Of a stretch of DNA of 64,000 bases, positions 1 through 11,213 are shown piece after piece (within the stretch, counting starts at the first letter, position 1; each line of letters begins with the position of its first letter). Source of the DNA: Basidiobolus meristosporus CBS 931.73. Lineage: Eukaryota; Fungi; Basidiobolomycota. The notes beneath the pieces are model-generated. The model was not told the DNA's origin, made no database searches, and worked only from the letters and a program-made list of their open reading frames with translations. Location of the stretch: assembly GCA_002104905.1 (NCBI GenBank), contig MCFE01000205.1, positions 1 to 64,000 of the forward strand, read 5' to 3'. The translations under genes and the position numbers were made by a program.

Positions 1-1135
1 TTATGAGGTTAGATAAGATGGCGCCACACAATCCCAGTGCATCATGGGCGGCAGCCGAGCAGGCCTTGGGCTCTAGTAGAATTCCATGCATCCTCGGTGC
101 AACAACACAGCCCTATGCTGGGCGTTTCGATTGTTTGGGAAAATGATGGACGGTAGCTTGGTGGGATGTGGAAATCGTAGGGGCGATCCCGACTTTTGTC
201 TCTCACTCACTCCCAACCATCAGTTCTTTGAGAGCTACCGACATAGATGGTGCATTTCTGGAATACGCCAAGTGCGCTTGGTTGGCCAATACTGATGCCC
301 AAAGTTGACCAGCTTCCGGGCGGACTCTGCTCCACCAACACGACTTTCCCCCCCCCAGAGGTTATGAAATTTTAACCATCTGAGCTTGAGGGGGTGGGGT
401 GGGTGGCCGGGCTAGATTCGTTTGATCTGTGGCATGGAATGGTGTTTTGTAAACCAACTCTGTTGCACAACTAATGAAAATTATTTCATCATCCCGGTTA
501 AATTGCGGGCTCCGTAACTCTATTGGAACACCCATGACGCCAATCTATATTTAGTATCGATGAAGATAACTACGCTGGCCAGCAAGGAAACCGTTCGGAT
601 GATACGAGCAAGGTTTCATATTTAGAATGTCCCGTGTTACAACATATGGGGAGAAGGGGAGGGGTGCAATGAGGAGATGGTGCGGATCACAGAGGGATCT
701 AGGCTAAACAGCCTGAGATCTGTTCAGCCTGCAAAGCAGCTGGATCTCTCATTATCTGCTCCTGTGGAAGCTATTGAGCATGAAGGAGCGCTTGAATGTG
801 ATCAACCAAGGGGCTGGCAAAAGTAGGACTGCTGTGATGACTTTGGCTGTGTAAGATTTTGGAGCATCAACCAGAAAGCATGCTAGTCTCTGCAATGGTA
901 CTGCCTTTCCCCCTTGCTCACAGTAAGCAGATACACCAAATCACACCAAACCCCTTGGTTCCATTCCACCCTCAATCATGCAATGAGCATAAAAGCATGA
1001 CCTGTGAGGCGAAAAGCTGGAGGTTTATTAAAGATATGTAATACAGGCGTGCAATGTTCGTGAAGAAAGAAAAGAGCATATGTTCTATCGATACTTGCGT
1101 TCTAAAGGGGATTTTGTTCGAGCAAAGTAGACCAG

Positions 1136-1698
1136 TTAAGCTTCTTCGTAGGTGAATTCTCCTTTGTCGAGATCTCCTTGGAAAGTATCAAGTATATGTT
1201 GACACATCGCGGTAAGATCATCAAGACCCTGCTGGAGAGCATCGACGGCGGTAGTGTCGTCTGTGAAAGGAAAGGTTAGCGGGGGTACTCTGAAAAGGTG
1301 ACGGAAAGCCCTCACCAGTTGTCTGAATGCGAAGATTAAGCTTGGCTTCGGCAGGATGAGGAATGGTGTAACCGCAATAGTCAACAGAAGCACTAGAGAA
1401 GCTGTTAGTTGGCTGGCGGGTGAGGAAGGAATAGGAGCAAAGTGCCTTACTTCTTCATAATGGCATATCTTAAGGCATTTCCAAGAGTATGGTCCTCGTC
1501 CTTTAAGCAAAAGGTGGCAGCAGTCAAGTCAACGCTACTACCGGCGATGATCTCTATTTTGTCTTTGTCGATTTCGCTCTCCTCCGGGACCTCAGCGTCA
1601 GAGCCAGCTTCGTACTCCTCGTTCTCCTCAGCTTGCTGGAGAGTTTCGTGTTCCATCTCCTCGGAATTCATGTGTTCGGTTTCTTCCTTAATCGACAT
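1136..1698 (-). CDS. RPC19: RNA polymerase I/III shared subunit AC19 (RPB11-like), 3 exons
   Basis: Exons ~1698-1451, 1392-1316 and 1260-1136 with GT-AG introns splice in frame to ...[63 protein letters not shown]..., the RPB11/AC19 signature (EDHTLGN, YCGY.IPHP); acidic N-terminal extension. Confidence 0.93.
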
Positions 1699-2330
1699 GA
1701 CTAATCTCAAGCTTTAGAAGGAGGTGTAGTTCGCTCTCCAAGCTCGCATATGGATTCTTTTTAGAACCGAAGTGTCGGAACATGATCTTTTTTTTCTTTT
1801 TTTTTTCTTGCAGCGTTGATCAAATTTCTCTGGTTTGAATGATTTTTCGAGAGAATTGGCCGTCAACATGCTGTATGCCAGTAATACTTCAGCTTGGCCG
1901 CAGATCGGATCCGACTGGCATCGTGCGATGATAGCCAGTCGATGCGGATCCGACTGGAAAATTTTTCCTTCCCTAGTTAGTAGTGTACATGGATAGAACC
2001 GGGTTTAGTCGAGCATGGAAAGTTGTCTACCTCATCCACGCTCATCAACGCCGATTCTTCAACCCTGCCTCGGGATTGGCCATCGAGGGGAGGCTTGTTC
2101 CCGCGGATACCTTATCTCCCGCATTCTGCCAGAGGTCATTGATGTCGACGTGGGCTTTCCGCTAAACTACGCTGAACGGTCTCGTAAATCAAATCAAATC
2201 AAAGAGGCTGGTGGGTGAAATATGCCCCTGTACAGATGAACTCCCTTTATTCTTTGTGCTTCAGGAACAAAACGGTGGGGGAATATCATGGCCAACCGGA
2301 TAAACTTGGGTGTGAACAGGTTCTCGAACC

Positions 2331-3908
2331 CTACTCAGCAACAGTGACTGCCTCGTTGGCGGCAGCCATGGCACTTTCTCTCTTTTCAATGCTAGTGGCG
2401 AGTACCTGGGATCTGAATGAGAGTCCTTTGGTGCGCTCAATGACTTGCTGGTAGATGGTAGGGTAGCTCGTGTTCATCAGGACCGTGTTTTCCTGGAAAT
2501 CGATCTTGGCGTCGACTCGGGTATCCCGAACAAGGTTGACGATCCACTTTTCCCCTTCTTGCTGCGACATGTTCAACGACTGGGATAGCTCGTTGATGTC
2601 AATCTTCTGATGTATACGGCAGTGGGTCTCGAGTATGAAGCAGCGGGCGTTCTCGATGAAGTCGTCCAAGGTAGCAACTAGGAAGAAATCGTTGGCTAGC
2701 ACTTGCTCACACTCGCCCAGCTTTTGTTGAGCACCCTCGAAATCAAACTTGACATAAAGACACTTGACAAACTCGATGATGGGATCTTCATAGACATAGG
2801 ACTCCTGCTCGATGACCCGTACCAGCTCCCTCATAATGCTCTTTCTGCGCTTATTGGTGATCACTGCAGTGGCGAGATAGCGAAGCATCCAAGGACAGCT
2901 GGATTGAATGGTGTTGATGAACTGCGGCTGAAAGAACATGTCGATAATGCCATCGCGGCCTTGGGCATGGTTGAAAAAGACAAACAACGACCAGTGAATG
3001 AGCCAGCTACGTTGTTGGAGTTGGTGCAAAGGAGATGGGAAGCTCTTTTGGTCGATGGCGTCCTTGAGCTTGTGTAGATCCTCCAATGCAACCTCCCAGT
3101 TTCCGGTCAATATTTCGGAGGCAAGCTTACCCCAGAGGGCGGAAAGATTCATCTCTGGGTCAGTGGACTGGAGTAAGCCCCGCATGTTAGTGACGGTTCA
3201 TTCTTCCATAAATATCCAAAGCAACATACCAAAACTCTGAAGTGGTAAAGCATGTCTGCTGAGGCGCCATAAATACCGCAGTTGAATTGATATTTACCAA
3301 ATTGGTAGAGGGTGGAGACCATCTCTGGGGTGATCTATAGGGAAGTGTGATGGTTTAGTTCCCAGTTAGGGCCAGTGCAGGAAGGGTTGACTTTAGCCTA
3401 CGTTGTATTTCTCTCTCAAAAAGTGCAGGTTTTGGAGTTTGTCTTGCCTCAGGGCAGAGATGACCTCCGGTTTCTCAATGACTTCCAGCACTTTTCCGGC
3501 CTCGTTCTGAAGCTCTTCAAGGGTGCTGATGACCTTTTTTCGCTTCTCGGTAAATTCTGACGGGTAGGCAAACAATCAGCGAAGGTCTTAGGGAGCGGAT
3601 AATCCATGGGCCAGAATGGAGGCTAAGCTTACCGGCAGGCGCCTCTTCTACGTGATGGATTTGCTTGAACAGCTCCGCAGCTGTGTCAATCATGTTGGTC
3701 TTGGACAAGAGGTCATACTTGGCTTGAAGAAGGTCCTCCTCTGGGTAAATCTAAAATGAGGGACGATTCTGATTAAAGATTGGAGGCCGCGAGAATCCTC
3801 GAAGAGGCGACTTACCTCTTTCAAGGTGAGGAATTCCAACAAGGGGTAAACCAGATGTCTGTCCAAAAAAGGGACCATCCTGGAGGTCAGATCGTATTGC
3901 GCCATCAT
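2331..3908 (-). CDS. eIF3e: Translation initiation factor 3 subunit E (Int6), 5 exons, PCI domain
   Basis: Exons ~3908-3816, 3750-3633, 3556-3402, 3334-3233 and 3167-2331 give [26 protein letters not shown]...[45 protein letters not shown]...[17 protein letters not shown], typical of eIF3e; the start could be 3905 or 3908. Confidence 0.96.
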
Positions 3909-4556
3909 GTAGGAATGCACGGTGTAGCCCAGCTAAAGAAGCGACCAAGCCTTACGATGAGTGATTGTGAATATGGAATATGGATATCGCAAATTCCACC
4001 ACGTGCGCACATCCCGCTGAAATCGAGAGGTTTTTTTTCAGCACCTACGAGCCGAAATGAATGGAGATATTATCAATTCAGGATATTTTTACCCGTCGAT
4101 TTCCCCAAGATTCTGTCAAGCCAGCAAATCTAAGCCTAAGCCGTCCATCAGGAACGTCTGCTCGGGCATGGGTAGCAGTAACAAAATTTTTTAGCAGAGA
4201 TCACCAAATTTTGCAGGATCCCCTCAAGAAGGTATTTGATTGGTGACTTGTGCGAAGAAAGTGAGTATGTTGATGCGGAGTAATCCAAGAAATAAATGTC
4301 TTCAACAAAACTCCGGTGAACCTTCTCTCCTCCATCCACAAAGAGTGGTCATTGCTGATACTCCATAACTGGTAGGTAACGTACGGCTCTAATTATGATG
4401 GATGCAACTATAGCTAGTGTGCCCTTGAATCGGTGTTTTCATGATACATAGTTTAGCGATTACCAATTTAATCGACAATCCATTCGATTGAACGCGACCC
4501 ATACATCAATAACATACCTGTAACTCAACTGCTTGCATTATTTTAGTGGTTCAAAG

Positions 4557-5273
4557 ATGCACAAATCTCGCAACTCCTTCCTTGCTCCAGGCATTACTCG
4601 CCTCTCTCGTTCCAGTGCCTTCTCCAAGCGCGCTCTTTATAAGAAGCAAAAGGTGGCCGCCGAAAAGGCTGCTGCTGCCCCTGCCACCACCAAGACTGTC
4701 AAGGTGAACGGCGAGAAGAACGGCAGTGAACGTGTTGTCTCTTTGAACAAGGCTTCCCGTTGGTACCCTGCTGAGGATGTTGCTCAACCCAAGGCCTCTC
4801 GCAAGGTTGCCAAGCCCACCAAGCTTCGTGCCACCATTACCCCCGGTACCGTCCTTGTCCTCTTGGCCGGTCGTTTCCGTGGTAAGAGAGTTGTCTTCTT
4901 GAAGCAACTTGCCTCCGGCCTCTTGTTGGTTACTGGTCCATACAAGGTCAATGGAGTTCCCCTTAGACGCGTCAACCAAGCCTACGTCCTTGCTACCTCC
5001 ACCAAGGTTGACTTGAGCAATGTCAACGTTGATGCCAAGTTCGATGACGCCTACTTCAAGAAGGAGAAGGCTGCCAAGGCTAAGGGTACTGAAGAGGAGT
5101 TCTTCGGAGAGGAACAAAAGAAGAAGGTCATCCCTGAATCTCGCAGTGCTGACCAGAAGTCTGTCGACAAGGAGATCCTTGCCGCCGTTTCTCAAGTCCC
5201 ACACCTCCGCTCGTACTTGAATGCTTCTTTCACTCTTAGAAAGGGCCAAGCTCCTCACTCCATGAAATTCTAA
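4557..5273 (+). CDS. RPL6: 60S ribosomal protein L6 (eL6)
   Basis: LRATITPGTVLVLLAGRFRGKRVVFLKQLASGLLLVTGPYKVNGVPLRRVNQAYVLATSTKVD is the eL6 KOW core; strongly biased codon usage; ATG at 4557 follows an acceptor-like TTTTAG ending at 4546. Confidence 0.97.
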   Translation: MHKSRNSFLAPGITRLSRSSAFSKRALYKKQKVAAEKAAAAPATTKTVKVNGEKNGSERVVSLNKASRWYPAEDVAQPKASRKVAKPTKLRATITPGTVLVLLAGRFRGKRVVFLKQLASGLLLVTGPYKVNGVPLRRVNQAYVLATSTKVDLSNVNVDAKFDDAYFKKEKAAKAKGTEEEFFGEEQKKKVIPESRSADQKSVDKEILAAVSQVPHLRSYLNASFTLRKGQAPHSMKF

Positions 5274-5682
5274 GTTGTGAACTAGTCTTCATTTAATAAA
5301 CAATATTGTGAACGCACCGATGTTCATTTGGGTTTACTCGGGCAGTCGACCAGCAGCCCTCAACAACGGCTGCAAGGCCCGCTGGCTGCTGTGTACGACG
5401 ATGCGCCTATTTGAATGTTTGGATTAGCGCGTCTACGCAGGGGGACTCCTTCGATAATCAATGGGGCCATCATGTGTAGCCACAGTCCTTGCAAATCCTC
5501 GGCACAAAATCAAGCGTTTCAAGCGCAAACAGCAATAAACTTCACCCAACCCCACAAAGGAACCGTATTCCACTCGCAATCCAACCAACCTAGCGATCAT
5601 CAAGTCCCATTTTGAAAAAGAAAGTGCACATTTGGCGGAAATTTAATATGATTTATCAACAGTAGTATGCATGTGACGGCTC

Positions 5683-6901
5683 CTAGATGTCAGCTGGCTG
5701 GATTCTACAGGCTCTAATGACAGCACATCTAACCTCGTCAATCCCTTTCTTCTTGGGTAGAGCTACGGGAAGGACTTGCGGGAAGCAAATCTGGGTGGAT
5801 TCGTAGAGGTCGTCTTCGATGATCGATTTCTGGGAGCGAAATTTGATGTTGGTGTAATAGTCGGCCTTGGTAATCACCACCTTGGGACAGAAGTATGTAA
5901 GTAATGGGCTAGTTGAGGAGACAACTTGAGAGGCATACTTGATATTCGATCTGGTACTTCTCTAGTAGCTTGATCATCTTCCGGTCGGCCGTCTTTAATC
6001 CTTCAAACGATTCCAGCAACAGGAAAACTCGAGCAAGGCTAGAGGATTATCAAAAGAATCGTAAATAACCCAGGCGCCTTGAGATGTGCTGTTTCTCTGC
6101 AGCTTACTTTGGCTTCCGCTTTGTGAAGTATGCCAAGCATTCGGGTCCCCAGTCCTTCCAGCTACTACGGCTGTAGCCCGGTGTATCGACCAAGATCAAT
6201 TTGTCGTCAACCGAGAAGAAGGTGGGGAGTGTGGTGCGTTTCTGGCGGAGTGTCAACATGATAAGTCGTGTGGTCAATAGCCGATGGCAATGATACATAT
6301 CTTACCCGGTCTTTCTTGTGCCCTTGGAAGGTTCTAACCATCTTTTTTCGACCAGCGACTGCATGGATCAACGCCGTTTTCTAAGGGTGATAAAGGTCTT
6401 AGTGGTGGTCCCGAAAAAGGGTTTGTGCTGGGACGTACTCCGACTCCATGTCTCCCAATAAAGGCCACCTACAAATCCGAAATCAACCGTTAATGAATGA
6501 GACGCAACGTGTTCGCGAGTCCGTCACTTGTCAGCAAAGAAGCCGGGTGTTTCCAGACCCCGAAGGGGTATATATACCTCTTTGACGTCGTTTGTTCTCA
6601 GCTGTGCCAGCTTCTCAGTGTCTTTCAAGTGATACGGGTTCTTTGGAAACAGGTTTTCCGTGTAGGCGATGTGTTTCTTTTTGGGGATGAAGTCGGTGAA
6701 CCTGGTTTTCTCGGGGGGCTCTTCTTGGTTCGGCCCGGCCTCCATAGGGTCCCAGAAGATAGGCTTGCTGAGGGAAGCCGCCGTGGGTCTGGTACGGGGG
6801 AAGGCAATCCATGGGGAGACCGAGAAGGTCCGTTGTGCTACGAAGCTGGGCTTGGTGAAAGGAAATGACCTTACTGCGACGCGGATTCCTCGAAAAGCCA
6901 T
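5683..6901 (-). CDS. EngB/YihA-family GTPase, probably mitochondrial, ~6 exons
   Basis: Spliced reading gives G1 VAFIGRHGVG|KT, G3 LVDTPGY and G4 VVITKAD, plus ARVFLLLES.EG and ...KKKGIDEVRCAV at the C-terminus; the Arg/Ser/Phe-rich N-terminus lacking acidic residues resembles a mitochondrial presequence. Confidence 0.82.
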
Positions 6902-9445
6902 ATTTGTCTAAGCCAATTCGCCGTCAAGGAATACCAGGTCTGAAGTCACTCAATTTTTTCGGGAAAATTTTTTCTACTCACCCTACTGGACCGATCTTGC
7001 TCTCTCCGTGGATCAATGAAGCATCACCTGGATGCCATGTACATATCCATTCACTTGATCTCCAGCCAACCGAATCAACTTCCCCAAGGGGGGAGATGGG
7101 TACGGGTGGTGAGGGTTGGTATGCTGGTGACAAGCCCGATGCTGCTCCAGTCAGCCACAGGTGTCGGTGGCGTCCCAGTAGCCCCGGTGGTGCGCAATGG
7201 ATGCGGGATCAGGCGGCACAAAAGAGAGGAGATTCCACGACTATTCCCCGAGTCCATAGATGCCACTACAGCTCGGAGGGCACTTGGGGAGTGATGATCG
7301 GAACGATGCGTGCCTCTTGGACGAGTGCTCAACTGTAGCACTTTCCATCGGCATCAGCAGTTTCGCAAATCGCTCCCATGTCGATCTGGCATGGAGAATG
7401 GCGACCCTGGGTGCAATCAATGCCATCCCTTCCTGTGCTACCGTACTGGTTGATCAGAGTGACCGGTTTGAACCATCAGCATTTAAAACTCCACATCTAA
7501 CCTCTAGGGTCCCTTCTGAGCATCCCATCCCGCAGTTCAGAGATATGCGAGTGTGATGGACATCCCCCCCGGAAGCCTGATTTGCAGAGGTCGGTTCCGT
7601 GGATTTCAGGCGTGGGTGATGGTGCGATGGGTGGTCACTTTCCTGACCAAGAGGATTAGAAAATCAGCACACTCGGAAGCCTGCCGGTTTCGGGAAATAT
7701 CAGTGGTTCAGGTGATCGCATGTATGCCCTTCCAATATCGTGAGGACACATGGGGAGTGGCCTCATCGCGCCCTCATCTTCCCGTGAGTAGGACTTGCCA
7801 ATGATAAGACGTAAAGCAACGCTGTGGAGGTCCAAGCTACATAGCCTTGAAGCGGCTACGGTGGTTTGGGCAGAGCCACTCTGGACATGCTTCGTATGTC
7901 GCGCCGCGAGAAAACATCGTAGCCGTTATACTCACGTCACGTGCCAGGGTCGGGTTGGGGCAGATGCGAAGAGAGGCTTCCTCTCAAAGAGACGCCGTGG
8001 GTGTGGATGGGAGGCAGGTGGTCTCCTGTCGCTATCGTGATAATGTCTCATCACCCTTCCCAAGCATTGCTGTCGAACAAGCCTCGTGGAGAGTGCGAGT
8101 ATGGGCAAGACGGACTGCGATCGTGATTCTGATCCGAGTCGGAGGCAGGCTCAGTTGCTCAGAAATCCCACCATCGGCTGCAGCGGCTACATTTGATTTG
8201 GTCCATGTGAATAATCGGTGGATTTGGGAATTTCTCAGTGGGCAACATCAGCTTCCTGAAATCATATCAGGAATGCGAACAGCAGTTCCGTGGATCTGGA
8301 AGTATGGAAAATAATGTCTGTGGACAACTCCCCGACAGCCCATCCTCCACAGCCCGATTGTCCACCGACCTCACGGATCAGAGGATCCCAAAGGGAAGGT
8401 GTGTGCAGACTAATAGACAGGGCCAGGTCGAGGAGGTTTCGGTAACTAACTGCGGTGGGGTAGGCCTCAGACTACTTGTATGTGGGCTGGAGTGGCATTC
8501 GGCTTGGTACCAGCAGGCCACCCAGGGGCGACTCGAGGGTTCCATCGAGCAGCAGCAGCAGCGCGGTTGGCATGAGGTGATGATCAGTTATCCGGGAACA
8601 AACACAAGACAGGTGTGTGGTGTCGGTGATTGCATCGAGTGCATCAATAGTTCAAGGCCAGGTGCTGGCATTGTCGAATCACTAAGCATGCCCACCGAGT
8701 TAATTATTGCCAATGGTAGTTAGTGGTGTGGTGTCCCTTGCCACGACTGGCGAAATCCCCTTGATTCCACCGATGGCATCAATATCAGGTTTTATAAAGG
8801 TAAATCCCAGGCTGGTCAGATGGACATGGCCAGAGTGGGTTGCTCTAAGTGATCACCTTAAGAATGATACACCGCTCGCTAGCTAGCAGCCACTCCAGCT
8901 GGCCTCACCTCTGATGTGGCCGCAAATACCTGTGTTGCATCTGGATCCAGGATCACATTAAGGTTTTTGCACGGATCAGGGATGTTTCAGGGCGTAGACA
9001 CCAGGCCAGGAAATCGCCGCACGTAGGTCGAGCTCAGCTTCCCGCACGCTCTCAAATCAAATGCCAGCTCGGACCAAACGAATAAAACAGACTCCAAGAC
9101 CACAACAGTCAGCGATAGATATTCGACGGCGAAGGGTAATAGATGGAAAAGAGTGACGGCCTCAGCGGCCACTCTCCCTGCCTGATCAAAGCATCCCATT
9201 CGGAGCATCGAAGCGGATGTTGTCATTCCCAAATCATTGACGTATCTTGGGTGTCTCCATCGCAGATCGCTCGAGAAATCTCATCAAATAAACCTGAAAC
9301 CTAATTTCCAGTCCGCTCGCAACATATAATGCGGTTGCAGAATGACCAGCCCGGCAAGAGCTGAGGCGACTATTCTCAGGAATCCCTTCGCACCCAAGTT
9401 TCCCCCAACCCCACGCTAACCCCCACCTTCGCTCCACCGCAAATC

Positions 9446-10615
9446 ATGGCAACCATGGAGACGTTTTTTGGTAGGGATTCGGTCCGGCTGCCCAGTATCG
9501 CATGCGTATTGACTCGCTTTCTCTAGGTTTGGTGGAGAGCACGAGAGATGCTTTGATAATTGTTGGTAGGTAGCTCTCTGTGCAACTTCCCGTCATCCCC
9601 ATACTGACTCGGCGCAAAGAGGCGTGCAATAGAGATATACTGACCAGGATGCGCAGACGCCTCCACGAGAAGGAGAAAAAGGAGCTGCGCTCGGGATCCG
9701 TTTACGTGTTTGACGAGAAGGAGAGCGGGATCAAGCGCTGGACCGATGGTCGGTTATGGTCTCCCTCCCGGATCTTGGGGAACTTTCTGGTTTATCGCGA
9801 GCTAGCGAAGAAGATAGCACCCAGGAAATCCGGTGGCAAAAGGGTGGAGGATGAGACCGAACTTCGGGACATAGACAAATCTAGTGTGCTGGAGAGTAAC
9901 AAGGGTATCTTTGTGTTCAAGTATGGCGGGTTGATCAAGAAGACAATCGCCATCGAGCTGAACAATACCTGCCAGCATCTGATCTGCTATCACACCCTAG
10001 AAGGTAGCCCATATGTCGGTCCAGAGACAGCCTTCTCATCCAGCGTTCTGATTGAGGAGAGTTGCTAACCCGTGTACAGATATTCATCTAGGCTTACTGC
10101 ATCCGCCACAGGCGTTCATGGAGCTGTCGAAGATCAAGCTGAGCCCCGACATCATCAAACAGCATCGTTTTCGCAAGCCCATCAAAAACTATGCAGCCGT
10201 CTCCAACTGCCCTGACGATGATGAGGGCCATTTCCTTTCCACCGAGGGCTTCGGTGATATCCACGGCCTTGCAGAGGGGTACGAGGGGGCTGCCAAATGG
10301 AGCCTGGACCCCAGACCGGAGAATACCGAACACGAGAATTTCGAGCAGTTGATTCCAGCCCCGCTGTTACCCTCCACCTCCAGTTTCTCCAACATGTTTT
10401 GGCGCGCGCAGAACGAGCCGTGTGCTTGGAATGGTTACCCTTCCGGCAGCACGAGCTGGAACTGCCATCAAAGTATCCCGTTCACGCAGCTTAACGGTCT
10501 TTCTCCAAGCCCCCCGTTTCATGAATATCCCGATCTCTACTCCCATGAGGTCTTTACCGAGGTTGCCCCGGCAGGGCCGTACCCACCCAACCACCGTAAG
10601 CGCAAGTCCCGATGA
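9446..10615 (+). CDS. Gti1/Pac2 (WOPR, Wor1/Ryp1-like) transcription factor, 4 exons
   Basis: Spliced METFFG|LVESTRDALIIVE|ACNRDILTRMRRRLHEKEKKELRSGSVYVFDEKESGIKRWTDGRLWSPSRILGNFLVYRE...GLIKKTIAIELNNTCQHLICYH matches WOPRa/WOPRb; a third intron at ~10002-10079 joins a low-complexity C-terminus. Confidence 0.92.
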
Positions 10616-11213
10616 ACTGGGCGGGGCCAAACAAGCCCGGCTTCAACCAAGCATCTGTTTCCCAAAAGTTGGTTCCCTAGGGATCCCATGTATATACTTG
10701 AACTAGCAGCCATGATTCTCTGGTACCTCGTGAGAGGATCCTCAAATTTTCGCGGAATTTCCAATATTTTATGAATAAACAATAGTGCACTCCACCCCGG
10801 TACCCGGCACCTCCAGGCCTGGCTCACGCTCACCGCTCAGATGGCGCGGAGCATGGGTGCACCCGATCCTCGCGGTTGGAATAGATGCAGCTCTACCATG
10901 AACAGAGTGGTGTCTTCCCTACTCGCAACCAGCATTGCGAACCAACCGTCCATTACACTGGGGACATCGTGGTCAATGAATCTGTTCTTTATGTAATTCT
11001 ATGATAATACTCTCACTCGCAACTAACAAAAGAGGACAAACACACCCATTTGAACACCCGTGCAATAAGATGCTCCGGTGCGATGCACTCTCCCTTTGAA
11101 AGGCCAAGGTACATCCCATCGGGTAACATCCCATCCTAAATAATCCTCCAAAAATACGATCGCGCTAGTGGACAAGAGGGGTCGCTTAGGAAAATGCACT
11201 CCGCCTCCGGTGG

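Noticed and set aside
2703-3077. 124-aa plus-strand ORF inside eIF3e, and similar antisense ORFs over PARN (11968-12498, 12503-13045)
   Set aside because: Shadow frames of well-supported genes on the other strand
4551-5258. 235-aa minus-strand ORF opposite RPL6
   Set aside because: Antisense shadow of a highly codon-biased ribosomal protein gene
6545-6575. CCCC-TTCG-GGG hairpin just after the first donor of the GTPase gene
   Set aside because: Stem only 3-5 bp; expected by chance
10760-10970. Possible SRP RNA or tRNA-like structured RNA between convergent genes
   Set aside because: Only short hairpins (TCGCAA/TTGCGA); no SRP helix-8 or tRNA A/B-box pattern
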